DNA from: an uncultured delta proteobacterium
GTDB taxonomy: Bacteria > Desulfobacterota > Binatia > DP-6
Length of the DNA stretch: 64,000 nucleotides
Direction of reading: 5' to 3'
NCBI GenBank assembly: GCA_963815115.1
Contig: CAWFFN010000005.1
Coordinates: 1,088,001 to 1,152,000 of the forward strand
Part shown: one piece after another, positions 41,993 through 51,702 of the stretch
Layout of the letters: the number at the start of each line of letters is the position of its first letter
How positions within the stretch are numbered: position 1 is the first letter of the stretch
Notes under the pieces: model-generated
The model's database searches: none
What the model was told of the DNA's origin: nothing
Seen by the model: the letters and a program-made list of their open reading frames with translations, nothing else
Position numbers and translations under genes: made by a program

Positions 41993-42871
41993 TCAGACGA
42001 GGAGACAGACTTTCGGCTGACCCGGGCTCGGGGCAGTGCAGATCGCCCCCGACCCGCACTGCGCGTTCGTCGTGCACGGCTGGCCGTTGATCGACGGCTG
42101 CTGCGGCGCGCTGCCGCCGGACCCGGAAGATCCCCCGCCGGTGGGCGTCGGATCCTGGGCGCGTCCCCCGACACAGACGCGGGCCTGGAAGGTGCCGTCG
42201 AGAATCAGGGCCTGCGCGACCGCCTGCCCCAGGTCGCGCTCGAGGCGGAAGGCACGCGTGCGGCGGCCGCAACACTTCAGGCGGTCGGTCGAGGCGACGA
42301 TGGTGCCGGCGGGCGCACAATACTCGGCGAAGTCGACGACCCCGTCGTCGTCGACGCGACACTGGTCGACGTGGCGGCGCCAGTTGAGCCCGTGCACGAC
42401 CCGGTGCACCGCCTTGTCCCATACCGCGGTGCAGCTGCCCGACGCGAAGGCATTCTCGATGCCGCAGAAGTGACCCGACGGGTGGTCGAAGCAGCACTCG
42501 TCGTGGTCCCAGCTTCCCGCATTGATGACGCAGGAGCCGTCGGGGGCGCAGCCGCTGTAGGCCGTCTCGAGGACGCTCGCGACGCCGAGCCCGACGGCCT
42601 GCGGCGAGATCGTCCCGGCGGCCAGGACGATCGTCGCCTCGGCCTCGGTGGACAGCACCCCGTCGCAGGCGAGGCCCACCACGCCGTGACAGCGGTGGGG
42701 ATCTGGGAAACACGCGCCGCCGCCGCCGGAGTCCACGGAGGTTCCCGGAGAGGGATCGGGCTGGGCCGGGAGGCGATCCCCGATGTCCATTCGGGCGGGA
42801 GCGGACTGGGCAAGGAACGCGGCGGCCACGGCCAGGGCGCGAAGGACGAATGGCAGGCGTCGGGTCCTCAT
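41993..42871 (-). CDS. Secreted Cys-rich hypothetical protein
   Basis: Signal peptide, many Cys, C-terminal CTTNAQCGSGAIC module. Confidence 0.7.
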   Translation of the reverse strand: MRTRRLPFVLRALAVAAAFLAQSAPARMDIGDRLPAQPDPSPGTSVDSGGGGACFPDPHRCHGVVGLACDGVLSTEAEATIVLAAGTISPQAVGLGVASVLETAYSGCAPDGSCVINAGSWDHDECCFDHPSGHFCGIENAFASGSCTAVWDKAVHRVVHGLNWRRHVDQCRVDDDGVVDFAEYCAPAGTIVASTDRLKCCGRRTRAFRLERDLGQAVAQALILDGTFQARVCVGGRAQDPTPTGGGSSGSGGSAPQQPSINGQPCTTNAQCGSGAICTAPSPGQPKVCLLV

Positions 42872-42963
42872 CGGTGGATCCTCCATCGGGTCGGTGAGTC
42901 GTTGGCGAATCTTCACCTCTCCTTACGCGCGAGGACCTCGAACGGAGGCAGCGGCCCAGGGCG

Positions 42964-43054
42964 GGCGATCCTCGAGGCCGTGGCCGGGCAGCTGTGCGTC
43001 ACGGTTCTCGTCGCCCGGCTCGTCGGCTTGTACGTGCGGCCGGGCGACGCGTGA
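42964..43054 (+). pseudogene. 3' remnant of a potassium/ion channel gene
   Basis: AILEAVAGQLCVTVLVARLVGLY resembles the last TM helix of two-TM ion-channel proteins; no upstream pore region or start. Confidence 0.55.
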
Positions 43055-43242
43055 ACGGTGGGGATGAGCTTTCTCCGACTGTCCGCGTTGGCCGCGGGTC
43101 AGCCTTGACGAAAAAGGGCCTCTGCGGCTATCTGCCGCGACACGAAGCGGGCGCGCGTGGACGTCGCGACCCACCTGGCGGGCAAGATTCCTGCGAGCAC
43201 ATGCGGCGCGACGAGGTGAAGCTGGCGCGGCGGCAGGGGGCG

Positions 43243-43310
43243 CGGCCTTGGGCCGCGACAGGATTCTTCAATCTCGAGCAGGCCGTCGCCGAGCATCGGG
43301 CGACCGTAGC
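43243..43310 (+). pseudogene. 3' remnant resembling the C-terminus of a SulP-STAS transporter
   Basis: ALGRDRI followed, after a frameshift, by FNLEQAVAEH. Confidence 0.4.
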
Positions 43311-43363
43311 TGGTGCGCCGCACGACCGCCCGGGGACGCGCGGTGTCGCGCGAGGAGGGCAGC

Positions 43364-44233
43364 ATGAAAGGACGTAGCGGGAGCAGGCACGGCGACCACA
43401 GAAAGGCGAAAGCCTCGCGAAAGCGCGGCGCGGATGCAAACGACGCTGGTGCCGGCAAAGCCGGGAACCTGAAGAGGAAGGACTACGATCGGAAGCTGCG
43501 GAAGCTGCACGTCGAGCTCGTGGGGCTCCAGCAATGGGTGCAGCACAAAGGGCTCAAGATCTGCATCGTGTTCGAGGGACGGGACGGTGCCGGGAAGGGC
43601 GGCACCATCAAGGCGATCACGGAACGGGTCAGCCCGCGCGTGTTCCGGGTGGTCGCGTTGCCGGCTCCGACCGACCGCGAGAAATCGCAGATGTACGCGC
43701 AGCGCTACATCCCGCACCTGCCGGCCGCAGGCGAGATCGTGATCTTCGACCGCAGCTGGTACAACCGCGCCGGCGTCGAGCGCGTGATGGGCTTCTGCAG
43801 CGAGGAGGAGGTCGAGGGCTTTCTCAGAGTCACGCCGATGGTGGAGAAGGTGATGGTCGAGTCCGGGATCATCCTCCTCAAGTACTGGCTGGAAGTGTCG
43901 GAGGCCGAGCAGACGAAACGGCTCGAGGACCGGATCGAGGACGGCCGCAAGATCTGGAAGCTCTCGCCGATGGATCTCAAGTCGTACACCCGGTGGGACG
44001 ACTACTCCCGCGCCCGCGACGCCATGTTCGCGGCCACCGACACCGCGTGGGCACCGTGGTACGTCGCCCACTCGGACGACAAGCGGCGGGCGCGGCTGAA
44101 CATCATCTCGCACCTCCTCGACCACGTCAGGTACAAATCTGCCCCGGGCGAGAAGGTCAAGCTGCCGAAGCGGAAGACCGGCAAGTATCGTTCGCCGGAC
44201 TACCCGTACAAGGTGGTGCCCGAGGCGTCCTGA
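43364..44233 (+). CDS. ppk2: Polyphosphate kinase 2
   Basis: FEGRDGAGKGG, FDRSWYNR and WKLSPMD motifs; RBS GGAGGG. Confidence 0.95.
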   Translation: MKGRSGSRHGDHRKAKASRKRGADANDAGAGKAGNLKRKDYDRKLRKLHVELVGLQQWVQHKGLKICIVFEGRDGAGKGGTIKAITERVSPRVFRVVALPAPTDREKSQMYAQRYIPHLPAAGEIVIFDRSWYNRAGVERVMGFCSEEEVEGFLRVTPMVEKVMVESGIILLKYWLEVSEAEQTKRLEDRIEDGRKIWKLSPMDLKSYTRWDDYSRARDAMFAATDTAWAPWYVAHSDDKRRARLNIISHLLDHVRYKSAPGEKVKLPKRKTGKYRSPDYPYKVVPEAS

Positions 44234-44264
44234 GCAGCGGCGGCTCGCGCGACCCTGCCGATGA

Positions 44265-45698
44265 TCACGCCGCCGGCCGAGCCCCCAGGCGGGCCCGTCT
44301 GATGACGGCGAAGCGTGCAACGGTGTTGTCGCGCTCGTCCGTGGGACTGATTCCGCAGAGATCGACCAGCCCCCCGTAGCGGCTGTTGCCGCCGACGAGT
44401 GCGAGGAGCCGGCCACCCTCGAGGACGCGATAGCCGTCGAAATGCGTCCACTGGGGTCGCTGCCCCCAGCCGCGCTCGCGGCCGACACGGAGGTAGACAT
44501 CGGGTGGTATGCAGACCAGCCGGAACTCCCGCGGATCGAGCCCCAGGCGTTCCTCGACCACGCGCGAAGCATGCAGGAGCAGGGCGTTCTCGATGGTAAC
44601 GCGAGCGAGGGCCCGGCGTCCGGGCAAGCCGAGCTCGTGGAGGAGATCACTCGCGGGCTCTTCGCCCTCCGGAAAGCCTTCCACGAGGCACGGTTCGGTG
44701 TCGACGGGGAGCGGTACGTAGCGCAATCCGGCAGAGTTGATGAATATCTGCGTCGCGAACAGCGATACGGTATCGGCCGCGGTCTCCGCGAAATCGGGCG
44801 AGGGCATGTGCTCCTTGGCCAGCGCGCGCAGCTGCGTCACTCCATCCCTGGCCTTTCCGAGCTCGGGCGTCGCGGGTCCCCAGCCGTAGTTGTCGAGAAA
44901 CTCGCGGACGGCCGCCGTCACCTCGGGAACCACGTGGGACTGCACGGCCTCCAGGCCGAGCGCTCCAGCGCGCTCGATGCTGGACTGCGGGAAGGGTTCG
45001 GCGAGCGCCGCGGGGGCCTCGAACCGCTTCCGAGGGGCCGCCGCGTCCCCGGCCGTCGGCTTGGCCGCGGGCGAAGCGGAGAGCATCTTCTCTGCCAGCT
45101 CGCGGAGTTGCTCGGCGTCGCCGTGCTCCGAGGCGAGCCGCAGGCGATGCTCGGCGCTTTCCGTAGCCTTCGTCTCGCTCGCCGCCGCAGCCTTGGACGG
45201 CTGCACCGCCGCGAGCGCGGCTCGGCGCGCTGCATAGAGCTCGGCCTTGGCGGAGTCGGCTGTCTCGAGCTTGCCGAGCGCATCGACGACGTCCGCGTGC
45301 AGGCTTCGGGGATCCTTCCCGCGCGCTGCCAGGCCAGGCGAGAACAGATCCGGCGCGACGGCGGGAGCCTCATAGACCGACTCGGCCAGCGTGAACAGGT
45401 CCTGCGTCGCCTGGAGGCTCTGCTGCAACGCTGCGGCCCGGGTGCTGAGCTCACGCACCTGCTCCCACTCTCGGCGGGTCGCTGCGATGCGTGCTTGCTG
45501 CAGACAGCGCTCGGCTTCCTTACGCCCCGCAACCGCGCCGCGGTACCGCGATTCGGCAAAGACGGGAGCGAGCAGCTCGCGTGCGCGCAGCAGGTACAGA
45601 TCCCGGAACAGCGTGTCACCGTCGGCCGCGCGTGCGAGGAGGCCCACGATCGCAGGGACGTTCGAATCGGTGTCGTCTGTCTCCCGCTTCCGTGCCAT
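44265..45698 (-). CDS. Hypothetical protein
   Basis: Long ORF with typical codon bias; helical N-terminus and conserved-looking C-terminal WTHFDGY...GGNSRYGGL. Confidence 0.75.
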   Translation of the reverse strand: MARKRETDDTDSNVPAIVGLLARAADGDTLFRDLYLLRARELLAPVFAESRYRGAVAGRKEAERCLQQARIAATRREWEQVRELSTRAAALQQSLQATQDLFTLAESVYEAPAVAPDLFSPGLAARGKDPRSLHADVVDALGKLETADSAKAELYAARRAALAAVQPSKAAAASETKATESAEHRLRLASEHGDAEQLRELAEKMLSASPAAKPTAGDAAAPRKRFEAPAALAEPFPQSSIERAGALGLEAVQSHVVPEVTAAVREFLDNYGWGPATPELGKARDGVTQLRALAKEHMPSPDFAETAADTVSLFATQIFINSAGLRYVPLPVDTEPCLVEGFPEGEEPASDLLHELGLPGRRALARVTIENALLLHASRVVEERLGLDPREFRLVCIPPDVYLRVGRERGWGQRPQWTHFDGYRVLEGGRLLALVGGNSRYGGLVDLCGISPTDERDNTVARFAVIRRARLGARPAA

Positions 45699-45788
45699 CG
45701 GGCACCCATATCTGGTGGCGTAGACGACTGGCAAGTATCGGTGTCGTGAGACCCGGGCGCGACCGAGCCGGGTTACGTCGCGTCCACG

Positions 45789-46400
45789 TTAGCGGCTGCG
45801 CGTGTGGTTGGCGATCGCCAGCGCAAGCTCGCCCGACATCCGTGCCAGCGCACGGCTGAGCGCCGCCACGGCGGCGTCACCTTTCCCTTCTCCCGGGGGC
45901 CCCGCGGCCGGCTCCACGATCGCCGTCTGGCCCTCGTACACGACCTTGCGCGAGTGGGGGTCGCGCAGCGTCCAGCCCGCGTTCAGCGTCGCGGTGCCGG
46001 CGGTGGCGACCTCGAAGGCGAGCACGTTGACGGCCACGGCGACGTCGATCGGCGTGCCCGGATACCACGAGTAGTCGATGATCCGCGCGCCGCCGAGCGC
46101 ACGAGAGAGATCCTCGCTCAGCGTGCGGTTGAACTGCTTCCCGAGCGGCTCGGCCCAGCGCTCCCCCTCGGCGTAGCGCACCTGGGTGCCGTCCACCCGA
46201 GTGACCAGGCTGGGACGCGACAGGTAGCCGGGCAGCGTCACCGGCCCGAGCCCGACGGTGAGCCCGCTGGCGGATCGCACCGAGGGCTCGGTGGAGGGCT
46301 CGAGCGTGTAGTAGCGGAACGAGTCGGGGTTGGCCCGGAACATGCAGGCGCTCTGGCTCGCGGCGAGCACCAGCGCGACGGCCACGGCGAATGGCTTCAT
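45789..46400 (-). CDS. PqiC family ABC transport auxiliary lipoprotein
   Basis: Lipobox SAC, YYTL, VTLPGYLSRP and RWAEPL motifs. Confidence 0.85.
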   Translation of the reverse strand: MKPFAVAVALVLAASQSACMFRANPDSFRYYTLEPSTEPSVRSASGLTVGLGPVTLPGYLSRPSLVTRVDGTQVRYAEGERWAEPLGKQFNRTLSEDLSRALGGARIIDYSWYPGTPIDVAVAVNVLAFEVATAGTATLNAGWTLRDPHSRKVVYEGQTAIVEPAAGPPGEGKGDAAVAALSRALARMSGELALAIANHTRSR

Positions 46401-47341
46401 TGCTTCGGCCTTCCGGTCAGGAGCGCGTTGGGGTGGCGATCCAGGAAATCCGCCAGGTCGCGGATGCTACGCGCCGCCTCGCTCAGATCGGCCAGGGTGC
46501 TCGCCAGCCCGACGGCGAGCGGCGCGTCGGAGTCGAGCAGGGTCTGCACGCTTGCCAGCGTCTGGTCGAGCTGCGGCTCCACCCGGATCAACGTCTGACG
46601 TGCCTGGGCGAGTGTGGCGTCGAAGCCCTTCATCGTGGGCGTGACGCCCGGCTCGAGCGCGGCAGCGACCTGGTGGATCGACACGAGCGCATCGTGCAGC
46701 GCGACGAGCGCATCCTGGACCTTGGGCGAGCGGGCCAGGTTGTCCACGCCGTCGAGGGCACGGTGCGCGGAGGCCACGAGGCCCTCGAGATCGAGGGCCT
46801 CGACCCGCTTCACCAGCCTGTCCAAGGTCTGGATCGCTCTCTCGATGGTGGTGGGCATGACCGGGACCTCGAGCACCTCGGGCTGCCCCGTCAGCTCGAG
46901 TACGACCGGCGCATCGGGAAAGAAGTCCAGCCCCACGAACAGGACGCCGGTGACGAAGCTCTCGGTCTGGAGCTGGGCCCGGAACCCGGCGGCGACGAGC
47001 TCGTCGAGGCGCTTGCGATCGAGCAGGAACCGGCGCCCCTGGTACCCGGAGATGGTGTCGAGATCGACCGTGTACCAGACCGGGATGCGGACGTCGGCCG
47101 CGGACGCCCCCGGCAGCCCCAGGCGGATCTGCGAGACGGACCCGATCGGCACGCCCCGGAACTTGACGGGCGAGCCTACGATGAGCCCGTTCACGGACCC
47201 GCTGAAGTTCGACACCAGCGTGACCTCGTGGCGGAAGAAGTGTCCCGAGCCGAACACCAGGACGGCGGCGATGGCCAGCGCGGCGGCGCCCAGCACGAAG
47301 GCGCCGACCCGCATGGGGCTTCCTCGGCGGCCGCGGCTCAC
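46397..47341 (-). CDS. MlaD/PqiB-type MCE domain protein
   Basis: GAFVLG TM, SVNGLIVGSPVKFRGVPIGSV and HPNALLTG motifs. Confidence 0.9.
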   Translation of the reverse strand: MSRGRRGSPMRVGAFVLGAAALAIAAVLVFGSGHFFRHEVTLVSNFSGSVNGLIVGSPVKFRGVPIGSVSQIRLGLPGASAADVRIPVWYTVDLDTISGYQGRRFLLDRKRLDELVAAGFRAQLQTESFVTGVLFVGLDFFPDAPVVLELTGQPEVLEVPVMPTTIERAIQTLDRLVKRVEALDLEGLVASAHRALDGVDNLARSPKVQDALVALHDALVSIHQVAAALEPGVTPTMKGFDATLAQARQTLIRVEPQLDQTLASVQTLLDSDAPLAVGLASTLADLSEAARSIRDLADFLDRHPNALLTGRPKQ

Positions 47342-48108
47342 GGGTGCGCGTCCTCCCCGCCGCGGGTGAGGAAGCGGTGCACCCGCTCGTTCGGAGGATG
47401 GTCGCGCAGCTCGCGCGGGTTGCCGTGCGCGGTCATGGTTCGCGCTTCGGTGTCGAGGAAGATGCAGTCGTCGCTGATCGCGAAGATGCTCGGCAGCTCG
47501 TGTGACACCATCACGACCGTTGCGCCGAGGCTGTCGCGCAGCGACAGGATCAGGTCGTCGAGCAGCCGCGAGCTGATCGGATCGAGGCCGGCCGAGGGCT
47601 CGTCGAAGAACAGCACCTCGGGGTCGAGCGCGATGGCGCGGGCGAGAGCGGCCCGCTTCTGCATGCCGCCGCTGATCTCGGACGGGTAGTAATCCTCGAA
47701 GCCCCGCAGCCCGACCAGCGCCAGCTTGACCTTGGCGACCTGCCGGATCTCCGCGGGCGAGAGGTCGGTGAACTGCCCGAGCGGCAGGCCGACGTTCTCC
47801 GCCAGCGTCATGGCGCTCCACAGCGCGCTGCCCTGGAACGTGATGCCGAAGTGGCTGCGCAGCGCGTCCCGCTCCTCTTCCCGGGCGGCCGTGAAGTTGA
47901 CGTTCCCGTACCACACCGCGCCCTTCGCCGGCTCGTTCAGGCCGATCAGGTGACGGAAGAGCGTACTCTTCCCGCCCCCGCTGCCGCCCATGATGAAGAA
48001 GATGTCGCCGCGCCGCACGCTGAAGGTCAGGTCGCGCATGACCACGAAGTCGCCGAACGCCATGGTGAGGTCCTTGACGTCGATGTGGGCTTCGCGGGCG
48101 GCAGCCAT
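47338..48108 (-). CDS. MlaF-type ABC transporter ATP-binding protein
   Basis: GGSGGGKST, ISGGMQKR and DEPSAGLDP motifs. Confidence 0.92.
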   Translation of the reverse strand: MAAAREAHIDVKDLTMAFGDFVVMRDLTFSVRRGDIFFIMGGSGGGKSTLFRHLIGLNEPAKGAVWYGNVNFTAAREEERDALRSHFGITFQGSALWSAMTLAENVGLPLGQFTDLSPAEIRQVAKVKLALVGLRGFEDYYPSEISGGMQKRAALARAIALDPEVLFFDEPSAGLDPISSRLLDDLILSLRDSLGATVVMVSHELPSIFAISDDCIFLDTEARTMTAHGNPRELRDHPPNERVHRFLTRGGEDAHP

Positions 48109-48109
48109 C

Positions 48110-49264
48110 CTAGATGCCCAGCACGTTGGTGACGACGGCCAGGATGCCGTCGAGACCGATGATCCACACGATGCCGAGCACGACCGCCGAGGTGGCCGCC
48201 TGCCCGACCGCCGCGGCGTCGCGGCCGGAGCTCATCCCGCGCATGCACCCGGCAAGTGCGACCAGGATGCCGAAGAGCAGGCCTTTGCCGACGCCGATGC
48301 TGATGTCGACCAGTCCGATCGCCCCCCTGGTCTCCTCCCAGTAGAGCCGGGGTCCCTGGCCCAACATGCCGATTCCGACCACAGCGCCGCCCAGTATGCC
48401 GATCAGGTCGGCGTACAGGCAGAGCAGCGGCATCATGAGCGAGAGCGCCAGCATTCGCGGCAGAACCAGGAAGTCCATCGGTGGCACGGCCATGGTGGAG
48501 AGCGCCTCGATCTCCTGGTTCACCTGCATGGTGCCGAGCTCAGCGGCGAAGCCGGAGCCGGTGCGCCCGGCCATGATGATCCCCGTCATGATCGGCGCCA
48601 GCTCGCGTACGGTGGCGATGGCGACCAGGTCGGCCACGTAGATGCTGGCGCCGAACTTCTCGAGCTGCACGGCGCCCACGAAGGCGATGATCAGGCCGAC
48701 CAGGAAGTTGATCAGGGTGACGATGCCCAGCGCATTCGGTCCGCTCTCTTGCAGCACGAGCAGTACGTCGCGCCATTGAAAGATCGCCGCGCCGCGCAGG
48801 AAGCGCCCGAAGGAGAGGGTGGCCTCACCCAGGAACAGGGTCGCCGCCCGGGTTCCCTCCCAGGCGCCCTGCGCGGCGGTGCCGAGGCGTGCCAGCCACG
48901 GCGGAGCCGCGGCGGCGTGGGCATCGCTCTTATCGGGTACCGCGGTTGCCAGGGCGAGGAGGCGCCGCAATCCCTCGGGCAGGCCCTCGGGCTGGAGCGC
49001 GATCTGCCGCGCCCTGCAGAGCGTCGCGATGTGATCGAGCACCGCCAGGCCGGAGCTGTCCCACGAGGTGAGCCCGGCGGTGTCGAAGGCGACCGTGCGT
49101 GGTTGCGGCGTGGCGGCGAGTGCCTGTTCGACCGGCGCCGTCGACGGGAGTCCGGCGCGCAGGTTCCATTGCCCGCTCAGCTCGACCACCAGGGTGTCGC
49201 CGTCGCGGTGCGTGGCAAGGGTCGCCGTGACCGGCGCCATCGAAGCCGACGTCTGACTGGCCAC
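48110..49264 (-). CDS. MlaE-type permease with N-terminal STAS domain
   Basis: WDSSG STAS motif; RELAPIMTGIIMAGRTGS and AVGQAATSAVV. Confidence 0.92.
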   Translation of the reverse strand: MASQTSASMAPVTATLATHRDGDTLVVELSGQWNLRAGLPSTAPVEQALAATPQPRTVAFDTAGLTSWDSSGLAVLDHIATLCRARQIALQPEGLPEGLRRLLALATAVPDKSDAHAAAAPPWLARLGTAAQGAWEGTRAATLFLGEATLSFGRFLRGAAIFQWRDVLLVLQESGPNALGIVTLINFLVGLIIAFVGAVQLEKFGASIYVADLVAIATVRELAPIMTGIIMAGRTGSGFAAELGTMQVNQEIEALSTMAVPPMDFLVLPRMLALSLMMPLLCLYADLIGILGGAVVGIGMLGQGPRLYWEETRGAIGLVDISIGVGKGLLFGILVALAGCMRGMSSGRDAAAVGQAATSAVVLGIVWIIGLDGILAVVTNVLGI

Positions 49265-49762
49265 CGCGCACCCTTATACGACCCTACGGGCTTCGCGAAA
49301 CGCTCGCCATGTCATCCAACCTTTGTCGCCGGCCAGTAGCCACACGACTGGGTTCACGGTGACGTTGCGTCGAAATTTGGCGCGACGGTCGCGCCGCACC
49401 CGATGCGACAGACGCTGGTTGCGCTGGTTTGCCGTTGCCGCCGGGTTTCGTTCGCTTCGTCCGCGCGAGCCCGTTTCACTGTCGCTCGTAGGAGAATGGA
49501 AGAGCACCGAAGCCGATGAGAGAGTCGTGGCCGAAGGGAATCCGGTGTCGGGAGTTCGCATCCCAATCACTGGGAGCGCAGAAGTCCGAAGCACGTCGAG
49601 CGCATCGCGGCGCTGAGACCGGGGCAGATCATCGGCACGTCGGTGGCTCTCACGGGCGATCCATCGCCGGTGGCAGTGACCTTTACCGAGGCCGCACGTT
49701 CCATGCGCTGGTCGCTTGCCCGATGGGCCGCCGAGTGCCACTACTCCAGCGCCTTGAACGGC

Positions 49763-50899
49763 GTGACCAGAACCCGTGAGGGGTCGACCGAGCCATGTAC
49801 GCGGGCGATCGTCGCCGCGCGCGTAGCCGCAGCAGCGGCTGTCCTCTGGCTCTCCGGCTGCGGCCGATTTCTGGGCCCCAGGGCGACCCTCGGGCCCGGA
49901 GCGATCGTGCGGGGGCGAGAGCTCTACAACGAAGTCATCAACTACACCAACAACCAGCAGACGCTCGGGCTGATCGTTCGCGCGCGCTACGGCGAGCCGG
50001 GCGGACTCCTCTCCGTCGCGAGCGTGACGGCCAACCTGCGCACCACGGCGACGGCCAACTCCCAGTTCGGCGTCGGCCCCTCGGCGAACTACCAGGGGAA
50101 CCTCGTGCCGCTGTCCCTGGGCCTCGCCTACGAGGAGAACCCGACGATCGCATACACTCCCGTTCAGGGAGAGCGCTACGCCAAGAGCATCCTCTCTCCG
50201 CTCGGGCTCGACGTGCTGGTGCTGCTTCTCAGCATCGAGCACGCGCCGCACCAGCTCATCACGATCCTCGTCAAGCAGCTGAACGACCTGCCGAATCCGG
50301 TGTACGGCCCGCCGCAAGACCGCGCTGCGTTCCAGGACTCGGTCAACCTGCTGGTGCGCCTGGAAGACGCCGGGCAAGCGACCTGGGGGGCGACCTCGAC
50401 GAAGGACGCCACCTTCGCGTTGGTGATCCACGACTACGCGCGCGACAACCGGGTCGTAGTCCGCGAGCTGCTGCGGAAGTGGGGTCTTCCGGCGTCGCTC
50501 GCCCAGGGGGATCGCGACATCGTCCTGCCGTTGAACCTGGCTTACGGAAGGGCCACGGAGCCCGAGCTCAACGTGCAGACGCGCTCGGTCTACGACCTCA
50601 TCGAGATCGCGGCGAGTTCGGTCGAGGTACCGCCCGAGCACGCCGCGCAGGGCCTTGCGAACCAGGGGCTCGACGAACTCTCGCCCGTGCACGGCCTGCT
50701 GAGGATCCGGAGCTCGACCAATGCTCCGTCTACGGACGTGCTCGTCGCGGTCCGCCATCGCGGCTATTGGTTCTACATCTCGGCAGACGACGGAGTGAGC
50801 AAGCTCACGTTCCGGCTCCTGCAAGCGCTCATCGGCATGCGGCTCGTCGAGGGCACCCCGCAGACGATCCCGACCCTCACGATCCCGGTCTCGAGGTGA
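49763..50899 (+). CDS. Hypothetical lipoprotein
   Basis: LSGC lipobox, IVRARYGE, YEENPTIAYTP, VRHRGYWFYI, PTLTIPV terminus; start uncertain. Confidence 0.72.
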   Translation: MTRTREGSTEPCTRAIVAARVAAAAAVLWLSGCGRFLGPRATLGPGAIVRGRELYNEVINYTNNQQTLGLIVRARYGEPGGLLSVASVTANLRTTATANSQFGVGPSANYQGNLVPLSLGLAYEENPTIAYTPVQGERYAKSILSPLGLDVLVLLLSIEHAPHQLITILVKQLNDLPNPVYGPPQDRAAFQDSVNLLVRLEDAGQATWGATSTKDATFALVIHDYARDNRVVVRELLRKWGLPASLAQGDRDIVLPLNLAYGRATEPELNVQTRSVYDLIEIAASSVEVPPEHAAQGLANQGLDELSPVHGLLRIRSSTNAPSTDVLVAVRHRGYWFYISADDGVSKLTFRLLQALIGMRLVEGTPQTIPTLTIPVSR

Positions 50900-50949
50900 G
50901 TTGTCTTCGTCGCATGACTGGGACAGGTGTGCAGACTGCGAAGCTCGCT

Positions 50950-51100
50950 TTGCCGCGTCTGCTTGCGTGCCAGGATATCGACGCCATCTCGATACATCGA
51001 GGAGGAGCAGCTTTCCTGCCGAATCGACGAAGTCGACGTCCGCCAATGCCATGCAGATCGCAACCCGTCGCCAGCCTCTCGTGCACACCGAGAACGAGCG
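50950..51100 (-). pseudogene. Remnant of a small STAS-domain protein
   Basis: LADVDFVDSAGKLLL followed, after a frameshift, by MYRDGVDILA. Confidence 0.5.
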
Positions 51101-51120
51101 GGACCACCGCGTAGAAACGC

Positions 51121-51570
51121 CTAGAATGCGCCAAGTCGGCGCAACTCCTCGTGGCACGCCTGGCTGAAATTCCGAAAGGGGTCGATCGCCTGGTCTTCCA
51201 GCATGTGCCGCACGTCGCGGAATGCCTTGTTTGGCCCCAGGTACGTTTCGACGATGAGCTGCGCGATTTGTTCCGCGTTCGTCACGACCGCGGTCGAGGA
51301 CAGGATGCGCATCCGGCCGATCATCGCATAGAGACCGACGAGGTTCGAGAGCTCGGCCTTGTCGTGCTCGAAGGCATCGGCGTAGAGCCTCGTACTCTCG
51401 ACGAGGAAGACTTTGTAGAGCTCCTGTTTTCTCTCGATGCTCTGCGTGGACTGCTGCGCTTTCACCTGTGTGCGCTGGACCAGCCACGACGTCATCAACG
51501 AGGTCAGCCCTCCGATCACCGATCCGGCCAGGGCGGCGAAAGCAGAGAAATACGCGGGATCCATGATCAA
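51121..51570 (-). CDS. Hypothetical membrane-anchored protein
   Basis: N-terminal SAFAALAGSVIGGLTS TM helix, helical body, FSQACHEEL terminus. Confidence 0.72.
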   Translation of the reverse strand: MIMDPAYFSAFAALAGSVIGGLTSLMTSWLVQRTQVKAQQSTQSIERKQELYKVFLVESTRLYADAFEHDKAELSNLVGLYAMIGRMRILSSTAVVTNAEQIAQLIVETYLGPNKAFRDVRHMLEDQAIDPFRNFSQACHEELRRLGAF

Positions 51571-51702
51571 CCGGGACGGTGAGTCCGCCTCCAGATGGCA
51601 CCGGTGGTGCCGTGCTCAGCAGATCGGGTCACCGGCCGGGCACGTCGCGAGCGGCCGGCGCGGACAGGAGTGCTCGCCGCACAGACTGTTCCGCGGTGAG
51701 GG

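Noticed and set aside
44265-44500. Diversity-generating retroelement
   Set aside because: No reverse transcriptase, template repeat or adenine-specific duplicate seen in the window
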